A stretch of 61,988 nt of DNA, counting the filler, from Basidioascus undulatus (lineage: Eukaryota): the NCBI GenBank assembly GCA_000826855.1. It is 6 parts of 6 records of this genome, joined end to end, with 100 filler letters (N's around TTAATTAATTAA, not from the genome) between each part and the next. Parts side by side here need not be neighbours in the genome. Positions count along the whole stretch, not along the records: positions 1 to 10,263 come from JTLS01001155.1; positions 10,364 to 20,623 come from JTLS01001156.1; 4 more parts are not named here. One strand, 5' to 3'. A program made the translations under genes and the position numbers. The first letter of the stretch is position 1; the number at the start of each line of letters is the position of its first letter. Under the pieces are notes generated by a model. That model made no database searches, was not told the DNA's origin, and saw only the letters and a list, made by a program, of their open reading frames with translations. Below are positions 1 to 13,069 of the stretch, one piece after another.

Positions 1-150
1 CACTGAATATTCCAAGGGGGGAATTAAACTATATTTAGGTCATGCCACCACGTCTCATGACTGTTGGATGCAACGGCCCGCCGTAGCTGCGGACTTTGAA
101 AACGGCTGCACGAATGCGCCTCTATCAACCACGTTGTACCTCATGTTTGA

Positions 151-1139
151 ATGTTCAAGAACCTCAAACGCCAAGCTGATATCAAACCCCAACTTCCTCA
201 TACTGGGGCAGACGCGCTGAAGTGTCTCGTTCAAGCGCACACCCCTCTCTCCCATCTGCTACAAAGTGCTCCTCACCTTCCTCACCTCCGCTTCGAGCAT
301 GTCCCCGCTCGCTCTTCCAACAAGACTCTGGCCCAGATCCTCGGCACCGCCTTCGAGCTCGAGTCGGATGCGGTCCCGCACAGCAGGCCGTCGCGGGCTT
401 GCTGATAAGCAAGCGTCTGCGGGCGGTGTACGCGCCTCTGTCCTATCGTAAGACAGCAGTGCTCAACCTCGGTCGCGTCCACGCTCTGCATGTTCATGGG
501 ACGCCGAAAGCGTATTGCTCTGCCGATCGCTGGTACTCGACCTTCCATTGAGCACCGCGACAGTCCCCTTACTTTTCGATGCCCGTCCCAACCTTTCCGA
601 AGCTGACCTCATATTCACTAGCGCAACGCTCAATGGTTACCAGCATCGATCTTCGAAGCTCTGGAGCGGCCGACTCTTTCTCCAATCACGCTCCGATTTG
701 ATGTCTACGACGCGAAGTCGGGGCTTTTACCGAAGGCCGTGCGATGTCGGCTTGGTCATACAGAAAAGGAGTCGACCATCTGAGCCTAATTCTAACCGGA
801 TACGATGGTGAAGATACGATCGAAACGTCCCTGGAACGTTTCGCCATCCGGGCGCTCTCGGTCAGACTTCAAAGCCCGCGTACGTCCTACTTTTGCCTTT
901 TCCGCTCAATCGATCGGAACCCCTTCATCCAAAGGATCAACCTCGTATCAACTTGTGAACACCCTCTCGGACCTGGCGATCTCTTGATGGTCCCGGAGAA
1001 CGCGGAGGGCGCGCGGTCGCAGGCGATGGCACGTCGCGTGCTAAGTCGATTAGCAGCAGTTCATGCAAGCGGCGGGTCCCTTGTTGATTTAGTGATGAGG
1101 TGGTTAATTTCGTTGAGCTGTTCTATTTGTAAGGGATAA
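151..1139 (+). pseudogene. Degenerate hypothetical gene; overlapping short ORFs in shifting frames
   Basis: Chain of Leu-rich ORFs (151-405, 222-551, 515-811, 744-1139) with no recognisable family motif. Confidence 0.2.
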
Positions 1140-1790
1140 TGGTGGACGGTCTTGCAATACGTTCGGCATGCATCGTTGTTCTGGCTCGCATCAGCTTTGC
1201 GTGGAGGGCCAGTTTCGCCACCCAAGGATGGTGTTTACTGGCTCCCACAACAAAAACGAATCTTCTTAGTATCTGGTAGCCACGGTATTTAGGTGAGGAC
1301 TGAAGAAAACGGAAAGCGGCCATCATAGCCAATGCTCTTGAAACAGCCATGTCTTACGGGCCGTCAACAAGGCATTTGAACTTTGACATGCAAGTTCTTC
1401 CATTGCTTCTCTCTTTATTAACTCTTCCCAAACCTCCTATAATTACCTCTCACACGTTAAGATCCAAATCGCTGTCAGGCAGCTGTTCAAGTGGACCGCT
1501 TCGGCACAGTCTACCGCGTTTCGGAAGCGTTTCTGCCCGCCAGCAGCACGCGGCTTTCCCCCTTTTGACGACTGCTAGGCTGGACCCTCCTGATTCAATC
1601 GCAGTTCCAGACTGGCACAAATTTGGCCCATAATTTGTGCACATTGCTCGTCGCCCGCGTCCGAGCCTTGCCGTCTCGCACCTTTGTGACTTGCACTCAC
1701 CACCCGATCTTGAAACCGCTGACGACGCGCACTTATCCAACTCGCTTTATAGCTCCTCGCACAACAAATTCAACAGAGTATTAGGCATCG

Positions 1791-4700
1791 ATGCCCTTCC
1801 ACTATTCCTTCACGGCGCAGCGCCGGGAGCCGAGCACGCCGGACCTGCTCGCGTCCCCGTCGCCGCCGATGCCGAACAACTCGCCCACGCCGAGCTTCAG
1901 CTCGGCCGCTAACGCACCGCTCATGGAGCGCGGGAAGCGGAGCAGCCTGTATGGGATGGAGGGAGGGATGGATGGACCTTCTACGAGCGGAGTTAGTCGG
2001 TCGATTGCCCTCGATTGGCGGGGCGGGCGGGGGAGGTTGACGGGCTGTGGTGTGCTGGGGCAGTACGGGAGCTCCCCCAAGCGGCAACGGATACCGAGCA
2101 CTCCGGAGAGTCTCAAGGCCTCGAGCATCTCGGAGAAGGTGGTTTGGGCCGATAGAGCGGTACTTGCACTGGGGGTTGACCATGGGGTTTCGGCACTCGC
2201 AGTTCAACATCACAGCCGACCCGGCGTTCTGGGGAGCGGACATGAACCATCCCGAGCCCGACGATGATATACAGTCTGTATCACTCCATTCGTAACGAAG
2301 ATGAGGAGAGAGGACTTACTCCGACTCGCCTTCAAGCAATCCCGATCCCCGCCGGGATAGGCGCGGAGACCACGGCGGCACCCTCTTCTCCAAGCGCGGC
2401 ATCACCAACGTCGCTTGCCTCACTCTTCTCATTATCGGACTGATTGCTCTCTTGTGGGTCTAATTCTAATCTTCTATAGTTATTATTCTGTTAGCTGACG
2501 CGATCTTTTTGTTCGACAGTGGAGTTTACCCTCTTTCGATGTTCGTTCTTTCTTCTCCCTCCCCAAACCCACTTCACGCTTACGAGGCTCCCCCACATCA
2601 AGGTACTACACCGCGGTAAAGCGGACGACTCTCGGAGGATACGGGCTGGGCGGGATCAACGCGACTGGCCAGATCCCGGCGCTGGCATTTGGGCTCATCG
2701 ACCGCGACACGCCGGCCGAGGCGTTCTCGCGCATTGGGTACGATGGGCGCAAATTCGAGTTAGTCTTCAGCGACGAGTTCAATGTGGAGGGGAGGACGGT
2801 ATGTTTTCATCCCCCGTGTCCCTCTTGACGCCAGGCTGATAACGGCGTTGCGCTGGGAAAGTTCTACCCTGGGGACGACCCGTACTGGGAGGCTGCGGAT
2901 CTGCATTACTGGTACGTTTCTTGTTGGATTTCCACGAGGTACCGCTACTAAAGTAGGCTTGGGCTGGGGAAAACAGGCAGACAAACAACCTCGAGTGGTG
3001 CGTTTCGCGATGCAGTCGAAGCTGGGCAGGCGCTGAAGCTAAGGGCACAGGTACGAGCCGCGGCAGATCACCACCACCCAAGGCAAGCTTGCCATCACGC
3101 TCGACGAGAGGGAGAGTCACGGTTTGAACTACGCTGGCGGCATGCTGAGCACCTGGAACAAGTGTGTCGTTCGCTGCAATGTCTTGAAGCCGTTGCACTG
3201 CCGCTGACCGAACCTCTCAGGTTCTGCTTCACTGGCGGCTATCTGAGTGGTAAGCTTTCTTATCTACGTTACCGAGCCGGAAGTCCTCAATCTCAAGGAA
3301 ACTTCTTACAGCTTCGATTTCGCTTCCCGGAACTAGGTTCGCCCTGCACCTCGGTCAGGGCGCTAGGGCATCGCTGACTTCTTCTCTGCTCAGCAACGTC
3401 GCCGGACTTTGGCCTGCACTGTGGACACTGCTCGTCTCTTCATTGTCCCGCACCTATTTACCTGTTTCTAACTCCATCTCCATTTTCAGGGGGAACCTCG
3501 GCCGCGCTGGCTACGGCGCGACGCTGGACGGAATGTGGTATGTGGCTGTCCATCTGTTCGGAAAGACTTTCCAAATGTGTCTAAAACTGCTCTTCTCAGG
3601 CCCTACTCTTACGATTCGTGCGACGTTGGCGTGCGTCCCTTCACCTACCTGAAGTCACTGCTGTTCCTAACCTGTTTTCGCAGACCGCTCCGAACCAAAC
3701 GATCAAAGGTGAACTCGACGCAATTCCCTACCCCTTCCGGGATTATTGCTCAAGGCCCCGACCGCCGTACTAGGCAAGCCCGCAAACGCCCTCACGATGG
3801 GTTCCCCTTACTATCAAGGAGAACTGTCCTACCTGCCCGGACAACGCCTGTCGCGCTGCACCTGTCCGGACCCAGGCGAGGGCGCCATCCACCCGGGGCC
3901 AAAGCATTCGAACGGGGAGTGGGTGGGAAGGGCCGCACCTGAGATCGACGGTCTGTCCAGCCGATATTGGGCCTCATGTTGCAACGCTGATCCTTTGGGG
4001 CGAGGACAGTTCTTGAAGCCACGGTCTGTCGGCCGCTTGAGCAGGCGACAGCGGGTAGATGGACTGACGAACACGGTGGTATCCAGATCGATCCGGAGTT
4101 GAGGATCGGACAGGTGTCGCAGTCCGCGCAGGTCAGCCCTCCGCTTTGCCTTTCGTCAGACCGCGCTGACGCTCGATGCAGTGGGCACCCTTCAACGCCA
4201 ACTACGAGGTTCGTCTCCCGTACCCTATCCAGTAACCCCAGCTCAATATGACGAAGTCTACAGTGGACGAACACTTCGGACACGTACACGATTGATGACT
4301 TGCATTCGGCACATCCCACTATTATCAACCCCTACAAAGGCATGTCTGACGGCATCGCACTCCGCTGCTGGAGGCTGACAAGGATCTGACACAGGCGCTG
4401 CATACCAGCAAGCGACTTCTGGGCTGGTGAGCCTCGGCTGGCTTATGGGGTGCAAGAGGGTGTATGACTAATATTTAGGGTGCAGGCGGTGACGAACCAG
4501 GCTTGCTACTCGGGCTTCAGCCCCACGCCTGACTCCGGTTGCTACTCCGACGTACGAAGCGCCGCAACTTCCCTCGAATCCTCTCGGTACCGTTCTGACC
4601 GCCCTCGCCCACAGTACTCCTTCGAATACACCACGGGCGACAATGGCTACATTGTGCATCGCGCACCGTCCCTCACCTTTCCCTAGTCTCCTGCTTCTGA

Positions 4701-5706
4701 TTATTTTCGTATCCCGTTCAGAGCTGGGAAACCGACGGTCGCAGGACGTGGACTATCAAAGCGGCAGGGCTTGGTCCGGATCCCCTAGTTGAGATCAGCT
4801 CTAGGCCGATTCCCGAAGAGCCCATGGTAAGCTTCCCGTTGATGCTCAAGTCGTTTGAGTGATGACTGACAAGGCGCGAACATGCAGTACATGTGAGCGT
4901 GTTTGACGTGGAAATTGTTGCGAAGACCGTCTGATGTCTTTGAGATGGTAGCATCTTGAACCAGGGCATCTCTCCGAAGTAAGCGATACGTTTTACTTCA
5001 CAGTCATTCACGAATACTGACTCGCACGTTTCGCAGCTTTGGAGTCATCGACTACGCCGACCTCATCTTGTGCGTCCTGGTGTGATTTATCAAGCTAGAG
5101 TGATGCTGAGCCTCTCAGGTGTAGTCCGACGATCATGTATGTCGACGTAAGTCCGCCCCGTTGCCTTCAACTTCGAGCTCTTGGCTAACCCCCAGCTGGG
5201 CTCGTTGAAGTGGGTTCGAGGCGAGTTTCTATTACGGCGGACCGCACGAGTTAAAGCATGCTCATACAATTGCTCGCTCTTCCCTCAGTCTACCAACCGA
5301 GGTAATTGCTATCCGGCATTTGACCCGTCGTGAGGTTGACGTCGCAATTGCAGTGACGCCAAGAACATCGGATGCTCGCCGGACACGTTCCCGACGAAGG
5401 AGTATATCGAGCAGTACGTAGCAATACCATCCTCACTTCCGACGTTTGCTTACCTGTTGTCGGGATCGCGCGCAGTTACAAGGAAGGTGTGTCCCCGGCG
5501 TTGCAAAGTCGATGCGGCCAAAGCGGATCCGCAAGCTCACCGCGGATGTGTGCAGCTTATAGCAACCCTAATCTCACAACATTCGTGGACGACCTCGGAG
5601 GCGTTAACCCCAGTCCGTGACCGAACAACATCTGCTCATGCGGATGCCAACTGAAGCTGACCGTGGTGCTCTGGTTGTAGAGAACCGCCTCCTCGACACT
5701 TGCTAG
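1791..5706 (+). CDS. KRE6: Beta-1,6-glucan synthesis-associated protein, KRE6/SKN1 family (GH16, type II membrane), ~33 introns
   Basis: Manual splicing gives TM segment ([16 protein letters not shown]), [129 protein letters not shown] and KNRLLDTC* (stop 5704-5706). Confidence 0.93.
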
Positions 5707-6086
5707 ACTTCCCTCAATCATTTCGGTTCAGGCATTTCTTCCTTCATCATATTCCATCAACCGAGATACGCCTCTTTAACGTTTTTTGCTGTCCGGCCCG
5801 TGTAAATGCGTCATTCTTCGGCGTCGCCTGGAGCTTCTTTTGAAGCACTAGCAGGAAGGCTGCGCCCAAAAGTTAGTAAGCCTGCAAACTGTAAACGCGG
5901 ATCAGGGTAAGGGCCTGCCAAGGAAACTTTGGAACTACCACAGGTAAGCAGTTCGAGGGGCAGCACACATAGATTTAAGTCGGGTTCAGACATCCTCAAC
6001 CGCTGGTCCAGCCGCCGCATTTGACCAGGGCAGATTTCCGAAGAAATCGAGTGCTGTATAGTGACACGCTATCAAAGAGAAAGACA

Positions 6087-7250
6087 TTACGCTTCTATGT
6101 CCAATATACGTCCGATATGTTCGCCAAGGCGCATCCCCAAGAAATTCACCGTCTCATCGTAGCTAAAATCGATACCCTTCCTCCACCGACGCGTCTTGGG
6201 ACCAGTCTTCGAGCTCGCGGGATGCGATGTCTCCGGGACAGACCCACGAGAGGTAGACGCTCTGCAGTTGGGCATTCGTTGACGATCGAGAGCTTTGACG
6301 CACTCCATGAGCTCTTCAACCGTTTCCTCGTCGTATAAGGGAATACCGAAGTCCAGAAATTGGAGGCTGGGGTGACAAATGGAGTATAAGACGCTGAACG
6401 GAAGTCCGACGGTATGTGCGAGTCCGAAGTATTGAAGGCGTGTGCAGGGTAGGAGAATTTCGCGCCAGATCTCGTCCTCGAGGTTGATGAGCGCGAGCCC
6501 GAAGAAAGAGGGTCCAAGGTTACGAATGAGCTCCGGAAGACGCCCGAAGAAGCTAGCCTGACTGCGGGCTTGCATCCCCGCCTAAGAGAGCAACGAAGCG
6601 ATGGAAGGTCGGCGCGCTGGAGAGCTTCAGAAGATGGGCGACCTGCCTCGCCAAAAGCGCACCAAAGCAGCAGAGTCAAGCAAGGCATGGAGAGTCGAAC
6701 TGTGCCCTCGTCCAAGTCGGAGGAGCCGCTCAGGACAATGCTCATAGAATCCACGTTCGAAAGTCGATTGAGGAAGGGGATGACAGTGGACAGTGGACAG
6801 TGGCTCGCTGAAGTAAATGTCCAAGATCGAGGTAAGGGATTCGTACGATAGAGAGACTGACCCAGCCAGAGCGGCGTCGAAAGCAGTGAGGGTGGGTAAT
6901 CCAAGCTGCCCAATCGTCCGAAAGAAGCTCGGACGGCTCGAAGCGACGAGAGCGAGGCGAGCGTGAGACGCAGCAACTTTGCCGAGTCGGCCTCTGCGAG
7001 CTCGTTGGGTCCGGGAAGTACGACTATCCGAATAAAAGTGCCGTACGGAAGTGCACGCTGTCGATACTGTCGGAGAGACTCGAGGAGCTTGCGGCAGGTG
7101 GCCGTGGAGTCGAGGTGGATGTGCTGATAGAGAAGACGGATCGCTACGGGCTGAGGGGTGTGGCAGCGAGTAAAATGTGGTTGATCGGTATGATGATCGA
7201 GAACGTACGTGGGTGGAAGGAGTTGAAGGGGAAAGGTGGAGAGAGCAAGG
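6087..7250 (-). CDS. F-box-like / Leu-rich hypothetical protein, probably frameshifted near 6580
   Basis: N-terminal FPLQLLPP followed by RLLYQHIHL, a typical fungal F-box-adjacent pattern. C-terminal part is in a second frame (6087-6575). Weakly similar to 40291-41300. Confidence 0.4.
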
Positions 7251-7640
7251 GCGTCCTGGAGCACGCAGCCCGGCAGGTCGGGCCCCTTTCGGACCGGACG
7301 GAAATCCGTACACCGATCTGAACTCCTCACGAAGCACAGCGATTGCCTTCGTACACCCACGTACCAATAAAGTACAGCGAGCCCTACAAGGAGGGGGACA
7401 GCGAGCCGTGGAAGTGAAACGACCGAAGAAAATGAAGCGGGGAGGGGAGGCAAGCGACGCGCTTGAAACTTGACAAATTTCCGGGGTGGAAGAGCCACCG
7501 ACAGTGCAACATGCAACGGCACGAGTAACTGGAATAGGGACGGTTTGAAATCAAGCCCAGGCGGTGAGCGCAGCGCACTCGACGCGCACAGCAATGAAGA
7601 AAGGACACGCAGTGCATGTCATTCCAGGTCGCCCTTGCGA

Positions 7641-9931
7641 TCAAGCGCCCTTCATCGCCACGTCCCTGTTCGCATTCCCGTTCCCGCGCCCGGCCAGGTC
7701 ATCTCTCCTCTCCCAGATCTACCCAGTCCGCCGCAAGCCAACATCAGTCCTGCGCATCCATCGTTCCTTCCAAACTCCCTCAGGAAGCCAACGCACCTGC
7801 ACGTAGCTCTCCCCCAAGAAGATCATCTGCCTGTTGATCTCCTCCACAATCAAGTCCTGCATCTGGAACCACTTGTTCTGGCCCGTGCCCGGCTCGCGCG
7901 CGCCCGAACGGAGGTGGACCTTCCACGCCGTGTTGGCCTCGTCGCGCGCCGTGCCCGCCGTCGACTCGTGCGTGATGTTCGCGACGAGGTCGTAGACGGT
8001 CGAGATGCTGGGCGTGGAGGCGGTGTCGGCGTCTGTGGGCGGAGGGATTCGTGGTATTCAGTTTCGAAGTAGAGAGCGCAGGGAAAACAGGGAGGAAGGA
8101 AGGGGGAGAGGAAGGGGGTGACACACAGTCCCGCAAGTCGACGCCTCGGATCGGGAAGTTCACGATCGTCGGGTTCTTCTCTTCGACAAACTTGTTCTTC
8201 GTGAAGCGCTTCAGGTGGAGGATGAGGTATTGCGGCAAGCGCGTGATCTTGAACCGTCGAAGCTGGCCGCCGAATTCCTGTGCCCGGCGTGTCCGGTCTG
8301 GTTCAGCTTGAAGTCTCGGCCACGCGCTGCACGGAAAAAGGAAGAACAGGAAAGGGGGAGAGGTGGAGCACGAAGGCGGACGCACCTGGGTTGTCTCCCC
8401 GTCGTACTTGGCCAGCACAGCGGACAGCGGGATCTGCGGGATGATGTTGCTCTCGACCGAGTCTTGGAAGACGGGCGGCGGGGGCAGGTCGACGGCAAGG
8501 AAGAGGAAGGGCGTGTGGTCGGTCTTGATTTCTGTGAGAGGAAACCAAACGAACGTGAGCAGGCAGTGGAAAGAGACGGATGCAGGCGGAAAGGCAAGAG
8601 GAAAGGAAAGGATGCGCACCTCGTCCCATCTCGAATGTCGGCTTCTCTCCCGAGTCCTCCCCTTCTTTGACCAACACCTTCTGCGTCTCGACGCGCACTT
8701 CGCCCTGGAACGTCTTGTAGATGATGCCTGTCCACGCCCATAAAATAAGCCCCGCGTTCCCTCCATTCCCTCAAAGAAAAGAAAACGGTTCAAAACGCAC
8801 TCGAGTCCTTCTTCCTCCCGCCTCCCAAATCCCGATGCAGCTGGTTCAGCAGCCATCCCATGAACTCGAGCGGGTCTCCGCGCTGCGTTATCTGGAAGCG
8901 CTTCTCGCTCGCGTTCGCGACCTCCTGGAGGAACTCGTGCGGGGAGACCTGCGCCTTGAACAGCTTGGGGTTCCAGATCTTCCTGGTCAAGACTGCGAAG
9001 CGGTTGACGAGCTCGCTGGGCTTCGCAGGCGCCTTGCCCTTCTTGGGCGGCGGGAGGGAGCGCGGGAAGGCCAGGAAGAAGTCGCGGATGGGCTTGACGT
9101 GCACGAGCGCGTGAATCGCCGCGTTCGCAAAGTCATTGTGCCGCATGTTGTTCAGGCCGATGTAGCCAGGGAGGTAGGGCACGTTGTGGAGGTCGTAGGA
9201 GAGGGACGTGGAGGGCGAGTCGACGAGCGGGATCGCCGAGTCGGGGAAGGAAGGGTCGAGGACCTGGAGGATGTCGGAGAGAGAGGGGTCGGAGACCTCG
9301 TAGTTGTCGGGCAGGACGTAGAACTGCAGCGAGAAGGGATCAGCGCTGCGGTCGGGGATGAGATGGAGTCAAATGCGGCGGACCTTCTTGGTCTCGAGGT
9401 TCAAGTAAACGTGCTTGTCCTCGTTGATGCTATGCAGGTACGCAGGGGTGCCCTTCCCGCGACCCTTGAAGTACTTGCCATCCACGAGGCACGCGTAGAC
9501 GTTGTGGCTCGAGAGCGTGACGGAGCAGAGCTTCTCGAAGTCAAAGTCGAGCATCTCGCGGTTGATCTGTCGCCCATCCGCCCCACCGCAGTTCAGATTT
9601 ACTCTTAGGAGCCAACAGAGGCGTGTAAGTGACGCACCGTATCCAGATACAAATCTGAAGGCTTCGACACCTCCTCCGGCTCGGGCACAAACTCCTCCTC
9701 CTCTTCCTCCTCCTCCGGTGATGGCACTCGGGGCGCTGGTGGTTCAGGCTCAGACGGAGCGGCGGACGAGAAGGAAGGTGCGTCGGTGGGGGGTGGAGGG
9801 AGAGGAGCAGCATCGTCTTCTGCTGGAGGCGGCGGTGCGGCGGCGGGGGCGGGCTCCTCAGCGTCGTCGGTCCGCGCTCGCTTCGGCGAGCGCTCAGCGG
9901 TCTCGTCGGTCGATAGGCGTCGCTCCGACAT
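7641..9931 (-). CDS. SAD1: U4/U6.U5 tri-snRNP protein Sad1/USP39 (ZnF-UBP plus inactive USP domain)
   Basis: DLYLDT, LDFDFEKLCSVTLSSHNVYACLVDGKYF, YLPGYIGLNNMRHNDFAN (Asp in place of the catalytic Cys), KIWNPKLFKAQVSPHEFLQEV, HLKRFTKNKFVEEKNPTIVNFP, WFQMQDL, MIFLGESYVQIWERR. Start MSERR at 9931, stop at 7641. Confidence 0.95.
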
Positions 9932-10136
9932 TGTGGAGAATCACGAAATGGCGGCAAATCAGGGAGAGAAGGCGGTGGTTCAAAGTCAACTTCGAGACGC
10001 GTCGGTCTGGCGTAATGGCGCTGTCCGAGGATCATCCGCGGACAACCAGCGTTGCGAAACGACGAAGAAACGAAAGAGTAACTGTCTTGTATGATTGTGC
10101 AGGTTATTTCAAGCAGATGTAGCACAGGAAGACCAT

Positions 10137-10263
10137 ATGAGCCTGACGATCAAGTTTACTGGCCTGGAGACCGTTCGATTCCGGCGGGGCAGAACCGAGG
10201 ACTCCGTGACGGTCGAGGAGACAATCGAAGTGCCGCTCGAGCCCGGCGGACGGATGTTGGGCG
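10137..10263 (+). CDS. 5' end of an unknown gene divergent from SAD1, cut by contig end
   Basis: ATG 10137, MSLTIKFTGLETVRFRRG..., open to the gap. Confidence 0.3.
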
Positions 10264-10363
10264 NNNNNNNNNNNNNNNNNNNNNNNNNNNNNNNNNNNNN
10301 NNNNNNNTTAATTAATTAANNNNNNNNNNNNNNNNNNNNNNNNNNNNNNNNNNNNNNNNNNNN
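10264..10363. other. Artificial contig linker (N44-TTAATTAATTAA-N44)
   Basis: Exact 100-bp spacer with stops in all six frames. Confidence 0.98.
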
Positions 10364-11346
10364 AGAGTGGAAGGAGGGGGGCGGTTGGGGAGGAGAGGGG
10401 ACGCTGAAACCACAAATGAGTCAGCAGAAGGCGGAGAGGAGGCGGTGAGAAATGGGAAGGATATGAGGCGGCGATTAAAAGGAGAGAAGGTGGGGAGAGG
10501 AAGGGAAGGCGGGGATGGTGGGATGGTGGGATAGTGAGGGAAGAAGACGCACGGAGAATGCCCCCTCGTTCTTGGTCGCGACGAAGAGGACGCCGCGCTC
10601 GCCCTGCGGGTTGGCGGGGTCGACGGGGAGGTTCGGGCAGCCGATGACGCCGAGGTGGACGTCGCCGCCGACGAGGAGCGCAAGGCAGACGGCGTACTGC
10701 TCGCCGCGGAGGAAGCCCTTGGTGCCGTCGATCGGGTCGACGCACCACATGCCTTCCGCCCCTCCCATTCATCAGTACCTCCCTCTCCTCGCAGCAACAA
10801 GGAACAAGGAAGGTTGGAGAGGGAACAAGGAGAGAGGAGACGACTCACGGCCCATCGCCCCACCCTCAAACGTCCCACGATCAATAGCGTCCAGCAGCTG
10901 CGCGACCTCGCGCTTCTGCCCGAGCTCGAGCCCGTCCGCCTCGCCGTCCTCCTGCGGGCGCGCGAGCTCGGCATTGACGAGCTCCTCGACGCGGGTGCGG
11001 AGCGTGGTCGCTTCGGCAGACTCCCCGCGCAGGTCCGCGGCGTCTTCTTCGCCGACGAGGGGGTCGTCCGGGAACGCGCGCGACAGGAGGAGGGAGATGA
11101 GGGACTGGCAGGAGTAGTCGGCGACTGTACATATGGCCCCGCGTTCATAAGACCATCTTCACCAAAAAGAGAGAAGGAACAATGGGGAGAGGACCCACCA
11201 GTAACAGGCGACTTGTCCTTTTTGGTCACAGTCTCCTGGTTGACGAGCTTCTTGAACACGCTCTGTGCGAGGCGCGACGCGCGCGCGACGACCGTCAGCG
11301 CGACGGCGCGCTCGCGGGCGAGGTCGGACGCGACGGTGGAGGACAT
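10364..11346 (-). CDS. MET22: 3'(2'),5'-bisphosphate nucleotidase (Met22/Hal2), 3'-truncated by contig end
   Basis: TVTKKDKSPVT|VADYSCQ, FPDDPLVGEED, WCVDPIDGTKGFLRGEQYAVCLALL, LGVIGCPNLP. ATG at 11346, with an alternative upstream in-frame ATG at 11466. Confidence 0.93.
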
Positions 11347-11698
11347 TCGGGCGGATGGGAACGGGCGGGGAGGTTTCGGTTGATGGGAAACGTAGGGCAA
11401 AAGGTAGAGAGACAGACGCGATGAAGTGGGAAAGGCGAAGGCAAGTCTGCGGGATGGCGGCAGCATCAGAGTGTGGAGAGAAGACGGGGCGTGGGAGAGT
11501 GGGAGATGACTGTCGACTGCACTGCCCCTTCTCCCACAAAGACGCTTGAACACACGGGCTTGTTACATTAGTTCACCTCGGGCCACAACAGTCAAGCTCA
11601 ATTCCTAAGTACATGCCCTACCCTGTGCATTCAAGCTGGATAACCTGTGGGCATGGGAAGGGGTTGGGGGAGTTAGTGCACTGCCCGCTAGGCAGTAA

Positions 11699-11778
11699 GG
11701 CGAGATGGCCGAGCGGTCTAAGGCGCCAGACTAAGGATCTGGTCCGAAAGGGCGTGGGTTCGAATCCCACTCTCGTCA
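11699..11778 (+). tRNA. tRNA-Leu (AAG)
   Basis: Acceptor GGCGAGA/TCTCGTC, D arm TGGCCGAGCGGTCTAAGGC, anticodon arm CCAGA-CTAAGGA-TCTGG, long variable arm, GGTTCGAATCCC, followed by a T6 Pol III terminator at 11782-11787. Confidence 0.95.
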
Positions 11779-12031
11779 CAGTTTTTTGCCCTCATTTTGG
11801 CATCCTGCTGAGATTACTCACAGAGAATTGGGGGGTTGAATGAGCAAAGGAGGGTCAGGATGACAATTTCAGTCCACTCTGTCAGAGTAAGGTGTCAATT
11901 TTCAAACACAGATGCAGTATTTTACAAAACATGCTAATTGCAAATTGTAAATCTGGATTTCAGATGGAGGCTGTCTCTGTTGGGTGCAGACTGGCAGAAA
12001 TCTTCTCTACCACATTGAATTATCTGCACCT

Positions 12032-12110
12032 GGTGGACATCACAGTTGACGTGTGAGTAGACATCTCAGTGGACATTGCAGTTGACATTCCAGTGGACAT
12101 CCCAGTCAAC
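12032..12110. repeat. 12-bp degenerate tandem repeat (GTGGACATnnCA), ~6 copies
   Basis: gtggacatcaca gttgacgtgtga gtagacatctca gtggacattgca gttgacattcca gtggacatccca. Confidence 0.8.
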
Positions 12111-13069
12111 AAAGGAGTGGAGGCAGCTGAGGCTGCTGGAGGGTGACATTGACATGATCCCACTGTAGACATTCTGATGGCCATGCTTGACCTGAATGCT
12201 GGCTTCAGCATTGAGATACACTTATTTGTGGTGTTTGGTTGGTTCAACAGCAGTATCACTATGCTGATGTCACAGGTGCAGCAGATGGCACACCTGTGGG
12301 ACAACACAGTGGCATTGGGCCAAGTGAATTTCTGTATGTCCAGAAGTGGCAGGTGAATGGTTGCTTGGCAGATGTGGCCTGCTTGACAGAGGGAGCAACG
12401 GAGACATGCTTGAGTCTCAAGCAGGTTTTTAGAGAACTCATCAACCACATTTCTTTAATAACAAGGTGTCACTGTGCCCTGGATTTTGGCCCTAACATAA
12501 AGACTGTGTGACACATTTCTCAACATGTGCTTTACTAACAGGGTGTTGCTGCATGCACTTGGCCCTCTCCTCCTGGCCCTGTCCTCCCCAGGTTGAAGGT
12601 TCACACAACCTGTGTCTAGCAACTCACCCCTGCAGAAGCTTGGGGGTAGGTGGGTACACTATGAGGGGGGTGCAACAAAAATGAAAGTTCCCTCACAAGT
12701 GACACCATGCAGGCATGGTGTGCAGTGGGTGCTGAAATGCATGCATACCACTCACTCGATGTCTATAGTATATGGGCTTCTGAATGGAAGGACAGCCAGC
12801 CAAGCTCTTTAGAAAGGCAAAATTGGGGTGTTTGGGCCTGTCTTCTCTGCAAGCGTGCAGGTGAAGACTGTGGGTTGTGTTGGGCAAGGCTACCAATTTC
12901 TGTGAGGTGCTGCAGCACACATTCTCAGGGACAATGGGCATGTAGGTCTTCTTTGACAGGTCAGCAGGCCATGTGGTCCAACATGTCAGAGGGGTGTCCA
13001 ATGTTGTATCCAACATGCCAGCTGACCATCACAGGGTCCTCCAACATGTCTCTCAATCATCCAACTTGA

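Noticed and set aside
9100..9182. Loss of the catalytic Cys in the USP domain
   Set aside because: Normal for Sad1/USP39 pseudo-deubiquitinases.
8721..9608. Long + strand ORF (also 7470-8072, 10655-11383, 52501-53202, 54705-55253)
   Set aside because: Antisense shadows of GC3-rich genes on the opposite strand.
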